A stretch of DNA of 57,915 bases, filler included, from Squatina squatina (GCA_031763465.1; 3 parts of 2 records of this genome joined end to end with filler, not necessarily neighbours in it); one strand, 5' to 3'. Counted from the first letter of the whole stretch, positions 39,137 through 53,212 are shown. Notes: generated from the sequence alone by a model not told the origin. Numbers and translations: made by a program.

Positions 39137-39450
39137 GGGGTTGAATTTGGCTGGCGCCTCCGCAGAGGCCTAACCCTTAAAGTTTTTAGGTGATTAGCAC
39201 CTCCATTTGGAGGTGCTATGACGTTGCAAAATTCACCATTTTTTCCTGGGAGGTGAGATAAGGAGGGGTTAAGTCAGGACTTTAGGCGCTAATCGATGAT
39301 AGACCCCGCTGGCCCCAGAGGCGCAACGCTATGTAAGTCACACACACTCCTGCCCAACCTGGAGTCTGCCTGTGCGATCTTCAGCAGCCAGGACTCTCGT
39401 ACCTTTATGTATATAGGCAGAGAGCCGTCGGCTGTCTAGTGGTTAGTGTG
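39137..39450. mobile_element. Harbinger-type MITE, left end
   Basis: TAA|GGGGTTGAATTT start, CpG-rich interior. Confidence 0.5.
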
Positions 39451-40582
39451 ACAAGGACTTAAAGGCAAATGGATGTTTTGTGAGAGCGTTGTAGATGAAC
39501 ATACACACTACACAGTGTTTCAAGGCTCAAAAGAGAGTAGGAACTTTATTATCTTTCAGTATCGATTCACNNNNNNNNNNATTGAGAAGGGAGAACCGAG
39601 GAAGACCAGCGCTTTCTAATTCCTGGGTCGAATTAAGGTGCCCCAATTTAGATAGGCCGTCCAAATGGCCTCTAAGTACTAGCCCACCAATTCTACAGTC
39701 TAAAAGAGTGCCCGCTGAGTCCTCTGTTTGAGCCCCTGACTGTTTGGGAGAGTGTAGCCCACATGTGCTATGCTCACCAATCGGAGATAACTGCGTAACT
39801 GGATACCCCGTGGGNNNNNNNNNNNNNNNNNNNNNNNNNNNNNNNNNNNNNNNNNNNNNNNNNNNNNNNNNNNNNNNNNNNNNNNNNNNNNNNNNNNNNN
39901 NNNNNNNNNNNNNNAGGTCACTATACAGAATATTTTGCCAATCACTTTTAATATATTTGTTTACAGATCTCATGCTAATGCAATCAATCCAGCAATTTCT
40001 CACATAGTTCCATTTTGCTGTTTAAAATTTTCAATAAGCCATGCAGGAGAGCAAAGTAAAGCTGCCCTTCCCCAATTCTCACATTGAATCATTCTCTTAT
40101 CCTAGGTTCTTTCCTCCAGCAGTTTTTCCCACCTTCCGTGCTGGTTCATTCTCTTTGTATGATTTGCCTTTCGATGAAAGCTTCACTTATTTTTTTCCTT
40201 AAGGCATGTTATAATTACCAGCTGTGGCTATAGCAACAGACCACTTCAAAATCAAATCAAAGCTGACCAAGTATAAAATCCTGCTCCATTATTTAGTACA
40301 TTGCAGAGTACTGTTTGCATTCTAATCACTCACCTTACCGATGCCACCAGATTATGTTGTATTTCCTTTGCTAGATTAACTCGCTGAGTGCCCTCCTCCC
40401 ACCTGCCCCCTTTCTTAAATGCACAGTGTTGGAGATAGCCTTGATAGGTGCATATCCTGCTGATCTGAACATTGTTTGCAGTNNNNNNNNNNNNNNNNNN
40501 NNNNNNNNNNNNNNNNNNNNNNNNNNNNNNNNNNNNNNNNNNNNNNNNNNNNNNNNNNNNNNNNNNNNNNNNNNNNNNNNNN

Positions 40583-40710
40583 TTCTTGACAGATTGCAAG
40601 TTCCGGGTTTAGGCGCATGTGCTTCGCATCCCTAAAACCGGAACCTGTGCGGCCCCTACGGGCACGTATGCACCTCGTACGCACCTGCAGTTGCCATGAT
40701 TTCAGGCCCA
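40583..40710. mobile_element. Harbinger-type MITE, right end
   Basis: Ends GATTTCAGGCCCA followed by TAA. Confidence 0.55.
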
Positions 40711-43204
40711 TAATTCCCACTGTGCAACTTGTTCATAAAGTTCATCCACTGGTACTAGAAGAGCTATAGAATGGATCTAAGAAAAAGCAAAAGACAACTT
40801 GTATTGATTAACTTAAATAGTCTGATTATAACTGTTACTCTGCATTTCCAAAGCAGCTTTTAGTAACTGGCCTCATCTTGCCAACTGTTTTCTCAGGCTG
40901 TCTTCAAAAAGATTGAAGAAGTACACATGAGGCTTTGTGCAACAAACATGATGTACAGCTCGGATGTCAAGGGAGACATATTGTTACATCCCCTGGGTTA
41001 CGTTATCGTATAAGTTGGTAGTGTGATGCCACTCCAGCATATAAAGGGCACTTATAGAAATAACTGATACCACTGAACCTGAGAAGGTATTTACAGAAGA
41101 CTTGAATTTGCAACAGGTGCATGGATGAATTCACGACATGCGCAAATGGTAAGTGAGGTTATTTGCTGGGGGTGCACATTAGTAAAAGCATTATCCTACT
41201 CTTTTGTGGGATGGCATGGAGTGCAGAACCTTTTTCTTTATTTGTTCTTGGGATGTGGGTGGCACTGGCATAGCCCAGAGCATATTTAGAGCCAACCCCA
41301 TAGTGAAATCACATGTAGCTGGAGTCTTTCCCTCAACAATATTAGTGAAACTGAGTTTTATAGATTTGATGGTAAATTTCCTGGTGCCAACTCACAAATG
41401 ACCAGATTTAATATTGAATTAAATCTCACAACTTGCTATGATGAGAATTGAGCTCGTGGGTTATTAGGTCAGTAACAGAAGCAGTAGGCTACCATACTGT
41501 TTTTGGTAGCTGAGACTGAGTGTCATTATTGATGAGATATTTTGCTGAAAGAATGCACAGTTTATTTTACAATGACTAGCTCATACACTTGATGAATGAA
41601 ACTTTGATGTAACAGATGTGTCCTTACATAGTAACTTCTGAAGTATGGGAATATTTCTAGGTCTGATTCTATTCTAGGGCTTCCCACTGTGTGTTTCACT
41701 GCACAAGCGATGAAAGAAGGCTATATAAACTATCATTAACCTGGAACTCTTGGCATGTGTTTAGGAAGACAATTAGTCAGCTTATCATCGCAGGTATGTG
41801 AAGTCATGGAATGCAAAAGGTATTGATCAGAAACTGACCTTCCCCCACTCCACTTCCAGAGAGAAAAATAGATTTAAAAAAGAACAGGAGTGGATTGCAG
41901 TCACCAGTCAAGTACTCAAGCATGTCCAAGTATAGTTGATCCAAATAATCTGATGATTTAAACAAGATAATGAGCTCAGCTATTTGCAACTTGCTGATGT
42001 CACAGCAGTGTCATATTACACTAGGTCCCATAAGTGCATGTGGAGATATTAAGCACGAGGCACACTGACAGCATACGCCAGCTTAACTCACATGGCTATT
42101 CAGAGTGCAACAAAGTGCTGACATTCAGTACGAACAAAGCGGATGAAAGGTATTTAGGCCTCTTTGGAAAGATAGGCACCATTTTAATTTAATTGTATTC
42201 ATTTCATAGTAAAAAGCTCTGCTGTGAGTCTGGCCATCATCAAAGGTGGCGGCATTGCCACAGCTGGTTAACTGATCACAGCTGGAGCAGGGTTGTGGTG
42301 TTTTGTTGTGTCAATGTGTCAGTCTGTGTGTCAATGTGCTAGTGTGAGTGTGCATCCATCTATGAAGCAATCAGGATCAGTCTGTAAAAGTAAATCTTTT
42401 CTGTCACAACCTTGAGAAGGAACAGTTGTAACTCAAAACATGCTTTCCAGATTCCAGAAAGGAAATGAAACATACTTAATACATCATAACTTATGTTTGA
42501 TGGAGATGAAGAGGTAATTCAAATCTGTAACAATCTTCTATAAAAAAACAATTGCCCATCTGTAATTCTTGGTTTGGCTGACTGCTGAATCTACCCTCCT
42601 GGGATTTTGTTTTATCTTGAGCAGGAATTGATCTCATTTAGTCTCTGAAATTGTTTTTTCTCCCAGGACATTTCTGCAGTAAAATCAAAGGCACTCCAAG
42701 CGAGACAGAGCTGCCAGGCCTCACAGTCTGGCAGTGAGACACACCGANNNNNNNNNNNNNNNNNNNNNNNNNNNNNNNNNNNNNNNNNNNNNNNNNNNNN
42801 NNNNNNNNNNNNNNNNNNNNNNNNNNNNNNNNNNNNNNNNNNNNNNNCCCTCATTCATTACAATATCAAACAGTGTACATTTCTTCCTTGTGCAGCTGCT
42901 GCTGATCATCAATAACATGTGATTTGCATCTATAGACCTTCCTAGAGTCTATATGGCATAAATGGAGCAGCTGCAGATGTAATGTTAATTGAGCCTTCAA
43001 TGGAGACAACAGTACGTGTCAGTTGTGACCATGGGTGATGTCAACAATATGGCTGGAGACACATTCCAGGCAGAAGGCTCTGGCATGTGTAATCACAAGA
43101 ACGTTCCCTGACGCAGGTCTCATCTAATTTTGCTTTTGCACAAACTATTTTAGTGCTGTGCTGGTTGTTCATTTCCTAAGGCTGTACTCATGTTAGAAAG
43201 AGAG

Positions 43205-43640
43205 AACTTGCATTCATGTTTCAACTTATCACCTCTTTAAAACATCCCAAAGTGTTTTACCTCGACTAGATTTGTTTTCAAAGCATAGTTACGTAGGTTA
43301 GTAGATCAATCAACTTATAGACAGCAAGATCCCACAAACAGCAAATGAATGAATCACCAGATAAACTTTTTTCGTCATGTTGGTTGAGTACAGAATGTTG
43401 GCCAAGACACTGGGAGAATCTTTCCTCTTCTATGAATAGGGCTATGGGATCTTTTTCATCCACCTGAGCAGGCATGTGGGGCTTCTATTTAACATCTCAT
43501 ACAAATCATGGCAATTCAGGCAATACAGTACTCCCTCAGTACTGCACTGAAACGTCAGGCTAGATTTTGTGCTCGAGTCTATACTGGTGCTTGGACTTTC
43601 CGACCCCGAAGGCAACAGTGCCACTATCTGAGCCAAGCTG
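43205..43640 (-). mobile_element. Deu-domain SINE (SacSINE1-like), near full length
   Basis: Collinear with 13065-13432 (ACAGCAAGATCCCACAAACAGC, CTCCCTCAGTACTGCACTG, GCTAGATTTT). Confidence 0.75.
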
Positions 43641-44324
43641 AAGTGACATAATAAATTCACTGTCCCTTTGCCTCAGTAATCTACAATATGCACCACAGCT
43701 AGTTCGATATTATATTTACGAGGATGATTACTGGAGACTTCACCTTTGAATGGTTAAAAACAATTGTTTTGGGTATCTGTTGGTCTAAACTTCTGCACAG
43801 GTCAAAACAGAAAAAGCTAAAGTCCAGGTGAGGCCACTTGAATTATACTGTAGCCGTACCCAGTCCTGATGTTCATACTTAATGGCTCGGAATTTGCAGT
43901 CAGCGGTGAAGCAAAGGTATTCACTGACCTCGAAGTACACTTTGCACAAGGATCTTGCAATCCCTGTGTCGAGAAATTTGGGTTTTCCTACCTTCAATTC
44001 AAATAAACAAAGTTTAGTGGGGATCCCCTTGTGCGAACTGCTGTGATGTCAACAGGCTGTCTAAGCAGCCAATTACAATGCAGAATTCTCACAGACAGTG
44101 AACAAGGAAGTGAATAAGCTCTTAAAATTCTAACTTTTTAAAAATGTTAGAGAGAGCAAAATAAAGATTGGGGTTCCCACATGGGGAAAAGACAACCTGA
44201 AATANNNNNNNNNNNNNNNNNNNNNNNNNNNNNNNNNNNNNNNNNNNNNNNNNNNNNNNNNNNNNNNNNNNNNNNNNNNNNNNNNNNNNNNNNNNNNNNN
44301 NNNNGTACCGGTCGTGGCCTTGCC

Positions 44325-44534
44325 CTCTTGAAATCGTGGGTCCATGCTGCGATGTTGTACTATGCTTCTGGCTCTCCACTGGAAAATGTCTGAGGTTAGC
44401 CCCCTGGTCCCACTTAGTCTTGGGGATGGTAAGCCCAATTTAGCTCCCGGGGCGGAACTTCCGTGCCTGACGCAGGAAGTTCCGCCTCACAGCTGGTACC
44501 GTCCCCAAACTGCACGGTACCGAATTTCACCCCC
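44325..44534. mobile_element. Harbinger-type MITE, right end, with internal hairpin
   Basis: Ends CGAATTTCACCCCC; 12-bp perfect inverted repeat GGCGGAACTTCC/GGAAGTTCCGCC at 44451-44486. Confidence 0.6.
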
Positions 44535-44725
44535 AAATTTCCTTAAGTGCTTCCTTATTGAAGCGCAACCTCTTTAAGCAAATCTCCTCAGATACATTTT
44601 CAAAGGAGCAGCACAAGTCAAAGTGTACCACCATGTAGGTCTGAATTTCCTTTGATGAGGCAGTGTGCCCCCCTGAAATCATCTTCCTCTTGCTCCAATT
44701 AGAGCATACTGGAGAATGCCTCCCG
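44535..44725 (-). mobile_element. Harbinger transposase N-terminal remnant
   Basis: SFENVSEEICLKRLRFNKEALKEI, similar to LSEEQCVRHLQFNKDVLSEI near 15290. Confidence 0.6.
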
Positions 44726-47700
44726 GNNNNNNNNNNTGCTGCAAAGCACAAAATAAATTTTTGAATCACATCAGTAACTGCACAAACATTCACCAGACTG
44801 TTAGGGCACCCAGAAGCATATTAAACAGTAGCTTCCTCATCCATCCACTGATTCTTGCACTCATGCCTGTGAGTCAAATAAGGTGTGATATCGACGGAGA
44901 TGGTGAGATTTCTGGTGGACGATGTCATCGTGTCATTCCATCAATTACGTAGATTCGCCTGCCTTACACCCACATCTGCTGGCATTTGCAATGCATGCAA
45001 TAAAAGGGCCAGAACTCTGGTGTTTCCGAGTTATGCACTGAACCATTTTTATACTATTTTTATTTGTATCATTGCCAGGCTATAGATTATTACAAATAAT
45101 TGGTAAATTGATAATCCAATTTGTTTTAAAACCTCCAGTACAGTGCAAGTAAGTAGCCACATTAGAAAGTCAATAACTAGTGTTCTTTTCTTACCATTGT
45201 CTAAATGTCTTTCCTTTATCCCTGGACAATAAATGGAGTCTTTGCGTGATCAGCACTATTACAAAGCGACTGTAATGTTCTGCTGTGTATCGCCATCTCC
45301 AAATCCATTTGGCCCCATTTAGACATTGAGTACAGGAAGGTAGTTGTTGTGCACAATTGGTTTCCTGTATGCCATAAATTGGCAGCAGCGGAAAATAGAG
45401 GATGAATTTATTAGCTTGCAAGGTCAGCTAATCGGAAGCATCTTGCAACCTGTAATGTTCCTGCTTACCATACATTTTTAAAACAATAGGCATTTCTAAC
45501 AGATTTTTTTTTTAATTGGAAAAATGAACGTGAAGGCTTAGAAAAATGTTTTCTATTAACTTTAAATGTATTTTTCTGAATTGTATGTTAGAAAGTATTG
45601 TAGGTTATAATAAACCATAATTACAATGAATTTTCTTTTTCATTTATTTCACTTTTTTTATTTTCCTCACTTGTTTATCCTCCATTGTCCTCTTAAAGAC
45701 GTCTGCACTGGGCAACCTTCCCTGAAATGGGAGCCCGTTAGCGAGCTCGCAGNNNNNNNNNNNNNNNNNNNNNNNNNNNNNNNNNNNNNNNNNNNNNNNN
45801 NNNNNNNNNNNNNNNNNNNNNNNNNNNNNNNNNNNNNNNNNNNNNNNNNNNNGCATGATAGTCATTTTATTTTAGATCATTTACATTTTTAATTGTCCTG
45901 TAATGTTTTGCATGCAATAAAGGGTAGTATGAAAACATACAATAGAAAAAATCCCAGATTACAATGTAATAAAAAATGATTGCAAAACAGGTTGCAAGAA
46001 CAATAAGCAAATGAGCAGAGCAATCCAAGTCATATGTAACAGATAAGAAGGATGGAAATAGTCTTGGCAAGTCCAATATGAGTAGATGAGGGCTAAAATT
46101 AAGAGACAATAAGCACAAGGCGTAACTCAGACAGCAGGCAGTGTCCACATTAATGGAGATTCTGGTCATTGGAACATTCTACTATCATTTTCAGCCAACA
46201 CATTAGGGAAGTTAAGATGGTCCTGGACTCCCTGGTGAGAAAAAGGCCAAAAAAGAGAAAATAATCCATTTGAAAGAGAATGTATCTTTCATTCCAACAT
46301 CCAAGCCTCGGCTGGGATTTCAGATTTATTCTCCTGCCTCTGAGTGACAGTTGACCGATTAAGAAAACATGGGGGCCCAGAAACTAACACAGAAATACCT
46401 ATCAGCTTCAGAGTTGATGTTAATATAAAGTCTTTACTCTTTGGTTTTGCTATCATCAATTCCAGAAAGTTATAAATTACTCACATTCCCAAAGGAATTG
46501 GATTAATCTACCATCCACTTTAACAAGCACACACATCAATCAATCTCATTTTGAATGTATAAATGAAAAGTACTGAATCCTATTAAGGATTTTAATCTCT
46601 ATCAAGAACTGCATGGCAAAATAGCTACCCATTTTGATGCCCCTATCAACATCCACTGGATTCCTCACCTATATTCTTAGCCACACCAGTACCTCAGAGC
46701 CTCAGCCCACTGGGATGTTAGAAAAATATTTACTTCCATAGATTTAATCATACTGAGCATATTGAGAAGGCCAAGTCAATAACTTTGTCAACAAAGGTTG
46801 ACCACAATGTTATCCTCCCAACTTGACTCCATGGTCCATATCCAGCTCTCTTCAGTTATGAATATTAAGCTTCTTGCATTGCTATTTAAATCTATACTAC
46901 ACTAGGATACCGAGTTGTGGGGAAAGATGTTGGGAGGTGGGAATCCTTAAGAAAGTTAGAATCTACAGTCAGAAATGTCAGCATTTGACAAAGTCCATTT
47001 CTGCCCAGTGATGAATGCTGTAAATCTGCTGGAAGGCTGTTCGGAAACTCCTAACTTGCTCCTAGATCAGCAAAGCCCATAGCCATTCAGGCCAGTAGAC
47101 TAGATCACGTGGCCTACTCCATGCAAGATCCACGCTCGTCAATATTGACTCTACTAGATCTTGTCTGAAGCACAACCATAAAAGTTGAAAATACTTGAGC
47201 CAAACTTCTAGATTTACGGCAGTAAGTAAACTGTTGCAGCTCCATCATTCTAAAATATCCATCTGAGTATAGCTTCACACACCACTTCTCCTGCCTGTGC
47301 AACATCGAGTGACAGCCTTATTGCTGAAACTAAGGATCACATAGGTTCCTTATATGATTCAAATGTACAGTGGCCCTCAACTTGTTACATTATGGAGATG
47401 CAACAGACTATGGAAAATCTTAGACTCAGTACCCATCACAACTTTACAGTTTACAGTTACCTTCAAGTCTTTTATGTCATTATATCATCTAATACTGAAA
47501 GAATAAGGTTGTAGCATGAAAACTAACACAACTAAAGAATCATTATTTTCTAGCAAAGCCCAGAACATAGCATGGTACCCCTTTATCACATACATTACCG
47601 CAGTGACTACACTTCCTAAAAAGTACTTCACTGCGCTTTGGGACATCCTGGGGTCAAGAAAGGTGCTATATAACTGCAAGTCTTTCTTTCTTTTCATCAA

Positions 47701-48172
47701 TATCTTCATGTACTCATGAAGTGACTTTGACTACTTGAACAGCGCAGGAGAATCGAGAATAGCATGACAGTCCTCAGCTCTCTATTTTATCAGATTTCAT
47801 CCTTACTTAAGATTTCATTACTTAAATAGCTCTAATCAGAGGGTTGAGGCCACTACTTGTCTCTATAACACTTCAACATCACTCGTTTCTTGCCACCAGG
47901 ATATAGGGTCATCTTTCTGAAATTGAAGCACTTAAGAGACATCAAACATATTATGTAGAAATATTTAAATCGGCACATACTTGCGAAAAAGAGTACATTT
48001 ATTTTAATGTGTTGTAATACTGTGCGAAGATAATGATCAGGATGTCCAGCACTGGCTGTTGTTCCATATAACCTTGGCTGACTAGTTAAGTCCAAGCCAA
48101 ATCATAGCCAATATGGGTAACAGACCTACAATCAATGTTCACTCAATCCTGGTTACAGTTAGTGAAACCCTG

Positions 48173-48737
48173 GGGGGACTTTTTCGGGGGTCAATGGGCA
48201 TGATTGGTGGTGGGTCGGGTAGGATTTTTTTTTTGATGGCGCGTTGGGAACCTGCTGTCAACCCACTGCCACACGCTTTTCCCAGACGTCGAGTCTGTCA
48301 GCACTGAACAGACCCGACACCAAGCGAGAGGGGTGGCAATTTGGATTATTAAGAGCATGTTAACAGGCACTTAAAAAGTATTCTAAGCTCACCTTTAGAT
48401 TTTAAGAGCGGCCAATTCGGGTTTTTAAAGTTTCTAGCGCTAACTGCTGAATTTAGCGCTGGAAATGGGACTCTTTGAAAATTTTCAGTGAAGCCCACAA
48501 TTAGCCATTTTACAATTTGAACATTCAAACATGTGCAAACTTTAGCGTTAAAGGGCCCATCGTGAACTGACCTATTCGTGGTGTGGATGCAAATTCCACA
48601 GCTTGCTTCCAACCTCAATTCCAGAGTTTGCTTGCAACCTGACAGGCCACTTAAGAGTTGATTGACTTAAGTGCTTCTAACTTCTTTATAGGCCACTCAA
48701 TAGCTTTCAGCTGCATGTCTCTCACATATAGTCTTGC
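48173..48737. mobile_element. Probable MITE remnant
   Basis: G-run start GGGGGACTTTT and CpG-rich interior; weak support. Confidence 0.35.
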
Positions 48738-49616
48738 NNNNNNNNNNNNNNNNNNNNNNNNNNNNNNNNNNNNNNNNNNNNNNNNNNNNNNNNNNNNNNN
48801 NNNNNNNNNNNNNNNNNNNNNNNNNNNNNNNNNNNNNACCAGACTCTTCAGTCAACAAGATGCTCAAACACGCAAAACTACTGATCTGTGGCCTGTACAA
48901 ACTTGAACATGGAATAGAAATTGACGACAGCGAAAGTGAGACAGGCTTCAATGGACACAAACCAGGGTCTAATTGTGAGTTGCACAGAATCAGCCACTTT
49001 TAATTAAAACAGATTTAACTTTCAATTCATACAACTTTTTAAGCCATGAACAGATAGGCAGAGGCCCTCTGTATTTATATAGAGCTGAGGAACTTCAGCC
49101 ACTGCAGAGCGACTGTTAAATGTGCTTTAGGAATTGTTAGCTTATAACTTAATAAGTTTCTAAAGAGTCATTTTCTGACTTCAAACTCCTGGCAGGGAGC
49201 CGTACCCATCAGAAGCACAATAATCTGTAGTCAAATGCAGATTCTGGTGTGCACTGTGTACAATTTCCTAACCACTTGAAATAGGTCAGAAAATCATGGA
49301 CATCATGTGCCAGAATTTCTGATATGCGTTGCCAGCTGTTGAAAGCCTTCACCAGCAGCACTGACTTTTAAAGTTACTCCACCCACCCAGCCTCGAGGAG
49401 TAGTTTTCGGTTCTCCGCCATTATCTAGTTGCTGGAGGTAAATTCTTACAGTACACATTAACCAAAAATCAATACATATGCTTTGGCGGTGTGTACTTGA
49501 CAGAAATATTGGGTAAAGGGAACATACCAGTTGCTGTAGAGATTTGCAGGTAGAGCCCAATACTTGCTTAATGCATCTGAACTTATTTATATAATAAAAT
49601 CTGGGAAACAATAGCT

Positions 49617-51536
49617 TTCATAAATATTGTAGGTTATTTTATTGCATATTGCTATTGAGAAAGCATTCATGATCAATACATATATCGTACAATACACTAT
49701 TCTAGATCCGTTTCTCATCTTCTGGCAGCATTACATTGAACCCTATATACAATATCTACAATGGAAGACACAGCAAGATATGTTACAATTATCTCTTGTC
49801 TGGTCACAAGAAGAAAAATCACAATGTTATCTTTCCTGACATCCCAAAACTAAAAAGTGACATGAAAACACTGCTTATACATTGTTTGGAGTTTATACAA
49901 CATCAGGAGAAAAGAAAACGCACACATTGAACTGAAAGGGGCAAAATATACAAATAGCAAATGGTGCTGTACACTCTAGTGACTGTTGTAACCATCATAT
50001 ACAGATATTTTATCATTTGGTTTCAAACTGTAAACTAAGGATGTAAAATATTGCATACACAGTTTCTGAATCATACATTTAAATGTTTCTGATACAGTGA
50101 AGCTATGAAAACTGTATTTAGTGGCAAGTGGTCAGCACACTCCATACTCTGCTGTTGTCTCGGGTAATGAAATTTGAAGTCAGCATTTTTATTTCAGTGC
50201 CATGGTTGTGAGCGGCTTTTAATGCAGATTCAGCCATTTTATCAAGATTAATTCTGGTCTTTTTTATCTAATGTAAAAATAAACAATGCTCACAATACAG
50301 ATTTTCTTTGTACAGTATATTTACACACACCATCAGGCATGACTACAATAGGATTGACCTCTGGTGAAATACAGAGACCTTCACACAAATCTGTAGTGAA
50401 ATTCAATTACTTGCATTGCAGAAAATCATGTCTACATTCAGAATTTTCTGGCACTTTCATCAGGTGTTCAATATTAATAAATAAGTCAGCAGGAAGGTCT
50501 TATGGAGCCACATCCACCAAAGCAGTACTAAACAGTCCAAGTTCTGCATCCAACATAAGAAGCACTCGTGGATAAGAACGTTATCCTCTATATATAATTT
50601 AAACCAAAACTGCTAACTCCCCTGTGAAGGAATCAAACTTACACTTTAAATAAGTTGTACAGTTGACAATGTTTTGCATTCAATTGCATTTAATATTTAC
50701 ATTCTGATGCAGCTCAAAATATGTGAAGATTCTTATTGTTCACATTTGTAATATCACATCTTCTCTCCTTATAATGACTTACTGAAGGTTACCATCCTGG
50801 TTTTAGGGAAAGCACTTGTCTGAATCTTGATGGGTTTTCCATGGGTCTTTTGATCCAAGTCCGGTGACCTGAAATTGCACTTTTCTTTCCTCCTATAGTC
50901 AGACCATTTTGTTTTTTAGGCTTCAACTACTCAACATGGGATCCTTGTTGAACAGAGCAAGCCCAAATTCTGGCTCGTTGCACGGGTACAGTATTTTCAA
51001 GAAGTTAAACTTAGTTAAGGCCCAGGGTTTGTGTCTTGGGAGCTCAGCAGTGATAAAACTAAGTTTTTGCTCCTTCTCCCATAAAAGGCTGACTTTAGTA
51101 TTTAAACGAGGTAGGATTTAAATCAGGTCAGTAACGTTCCAGTTCAGTTGGTTTCTGGTGTGAGAAGCATTTCAAAAAGGTAATGTAGCCAAGGTGTTAC
51201 AGGACTGTGAAAGTTAAGTAATAGAAGTTGGCCATATCTTAGCTTAAAACAAGGCCTAACAGGCAACAGTTAATATACTGCTAAATAAGTACTGCTTCAG
51301 TGCACTCCACCTAGAAAAGGAAGAGGATGATCGATATCCATAACAGAAACTAATGAGGCAGAAAGCTTCCCTGTCCTTGAAGGTATGCTGTGCATTGCAG
51401 TGTTATAACGGTCTCGAGGCATTATTGGTTACCCATTCACAATGAGGAAAAAAGGTAAACTTGAGAGCAGCATTCCACAAAGGTGTTTGCTGAGCAGCAT
51501 CGCTTGTGTGAGGTTCCGGAGATGTAGAAGGGTCTG
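49617..51536 (-). other. IRS2: 3' UTR of IRS2 (~1.9 kb), with AATAAA at 49643-49638
   Basis: Minus-strand TATCTTGCTGTGTCTTCCATTGTA..TATATAGGGTTCAATGTAATGCTGC..CTAGAATAGTG..GTATTGATCATG..ATATGCAATAAAATAA..ATTTATGAAA matches my recollection of the human IRS2 mRNA 3' end; the convergent position after MYO16 matches human synteny. Confidence 0.8.
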
Positions 51537-51541
51537 TCAGT
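51537..51541 (-). CDS. IRS2: IRS2 terminal exon coding part (5 nt, AC TGA)
   Basis: Strong acceptor TTTTCTTTTCTCTTTTTCAG|ACTGA. IRS2 has a two-exon structure with only the last codon and stop in exon 2; exon 1 lies outside the window. Confidence 0.72.
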
Positions 51542-53212
51542 CTGAAAAAGAGAAAAGAAAAATGTTGTTTGAAACAATATTTGACAATATATTCTTTGCA
51601 AATTGGATATTCACACTTGTTGATATTGCTTAGCTTGGATCTTCGCAGTTATGATATTTCCTTAATAAACTATTTAGACACACAGGAGGCTCTGATAGAT
51701 AACAAGTTGCATCTATTAGTGCTAGTGTTCGAGCCAGTATCCTTTTCCCCACTCCCAAAAGGTGTTTGGTTAGCTATTTAAGCACGGCATCAATTCACAT
51801 GGGAAATTTTGCTTTCGAAGCAATGTTTATTTCTGTTGCAAAACAGGAGTTTGAGAATTAAAACCAGGAATCTAGAGAGCAGTCCAAGTGGATGGGATGT
51901 ANNNNNNNNNNNNNNNNNNNNNNNNNNNNNNNNNNNNNNNNNNNNNNNNNNNNNNNNNNNNNNNNNNNNNNNNNNNNNNNNNNNNNNNNNNNNNNNNNNN
52001 NNNNNNNNNNNNNNNNNNNNNNNNNNNNNNNNNNNNNNNNNNNNNNNNNNNNNNNNNNNNNNNNNNNNNNNNNNNNNNNNNNNNNNNNNNNNNNNNNNNN
52101 NNNNNNNNNNNNNNNNNNNNNNNNNNNNNNNNNNNNNNNNNNNNNNNNNNNNNNNNNNNNNNNNNNNNNNNNNNNNNNNNNNNNNNNNNNNNNNNNNNNN
52201 NNNNNNNNNNNNNNNNNNNNNNNNNNNNNNNNNNNNNNNNNNNNNNNNNNNNNNNNNNNNNNNNNNNNNNNNNNNNNNNNNNNNNNNNNNNNNNNNNNNN
52301 NNNNNNNNNNNNNNNNNNNNNNNNNNNNNNNNNNNNNNNNNNNNNNNNNNNNNNNNNNNNNNNNNNNNNNNNNNNNNNNNNNNNNNNNNNNNNNNNNNNN
52401 NNNNNNNNNNNNNNNNNNNNNNNNNNNNNNNNNNNNNNNNNNNNNNNNNNNNNNNNNNNNNNNNNNNNNNNNNNNNNNNNNNNNNNNNNNNNNNNNNNAT
52501 ATTTGTATAAGCATGCAATGCAGCTACAACTTCATGATTCTAGGAAGAGAGTCTGAATTAACAGAGGTTTCAGAATAGCCTGCAGGTCAGAGACAAGAAT
52601 CAAAATACAACATGAAGACAGGCCTATGCATTGATTAGAATGTGATTTCAATGTGCAACATACCAAATCTGTGCTCTATATTTGAAAAACATTTTATTTC
52701 ACTTTTTTTAAACGTGGTGAGGACTGGGGTTGTGAAGTGAAGTAACTGTGTTTAACCTTCGAACCCCAGCTCTAATTTGCCATGTGAAGTTGCGCAGCTT
52801 TATTCTTTCAAGTTTTTTTTTTGTTTAAAAAATACTTTGCACTATTCTACTCCGATGGTACTTAATAGGTGCAATTAAGTCTAAAAACAAAAGATTCAAG
52901 TCTGACCTTTAATCCAAATGAATAAAAACAGTGCATAAGCAGTGAAAGAAGTTTCTGGAAAGTATGGGGCTGGTGTTTACAATGGGAATACTGTGCTCTA
53001 AATGTTACTGTTGGCACAAGTTCTTTTCAATTTCCTAAAGTGCAGTTATCAGGAGGCTGGACACAGGCTTCTTTTGTTTCTCAACATCCTATTGAAGTTT
53101 TAACAAAAGAAATCCAGAATATAATGAGTATCAGATGCAGGACAATCTGCTGCTGGAAAGTCAAACCCTTGAAAGGAGGTTTTTGAAGCTATGGCTGCAA
53201 GAAAAACATTTA

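Noticed and set aside
40899-41013. Acceptor-like TTTTCTCAG followed by a short ORF, as MYO16 last exon
   Set aside because: The required phase-1 frame stops after six codons and nothing resembles the MYO16 C-terminus.
42668-42747. Strong acceptor TTTTTTCTCCCAG with open frames
   Set aside because: No recognisable protein similarity; truncated by a gap.
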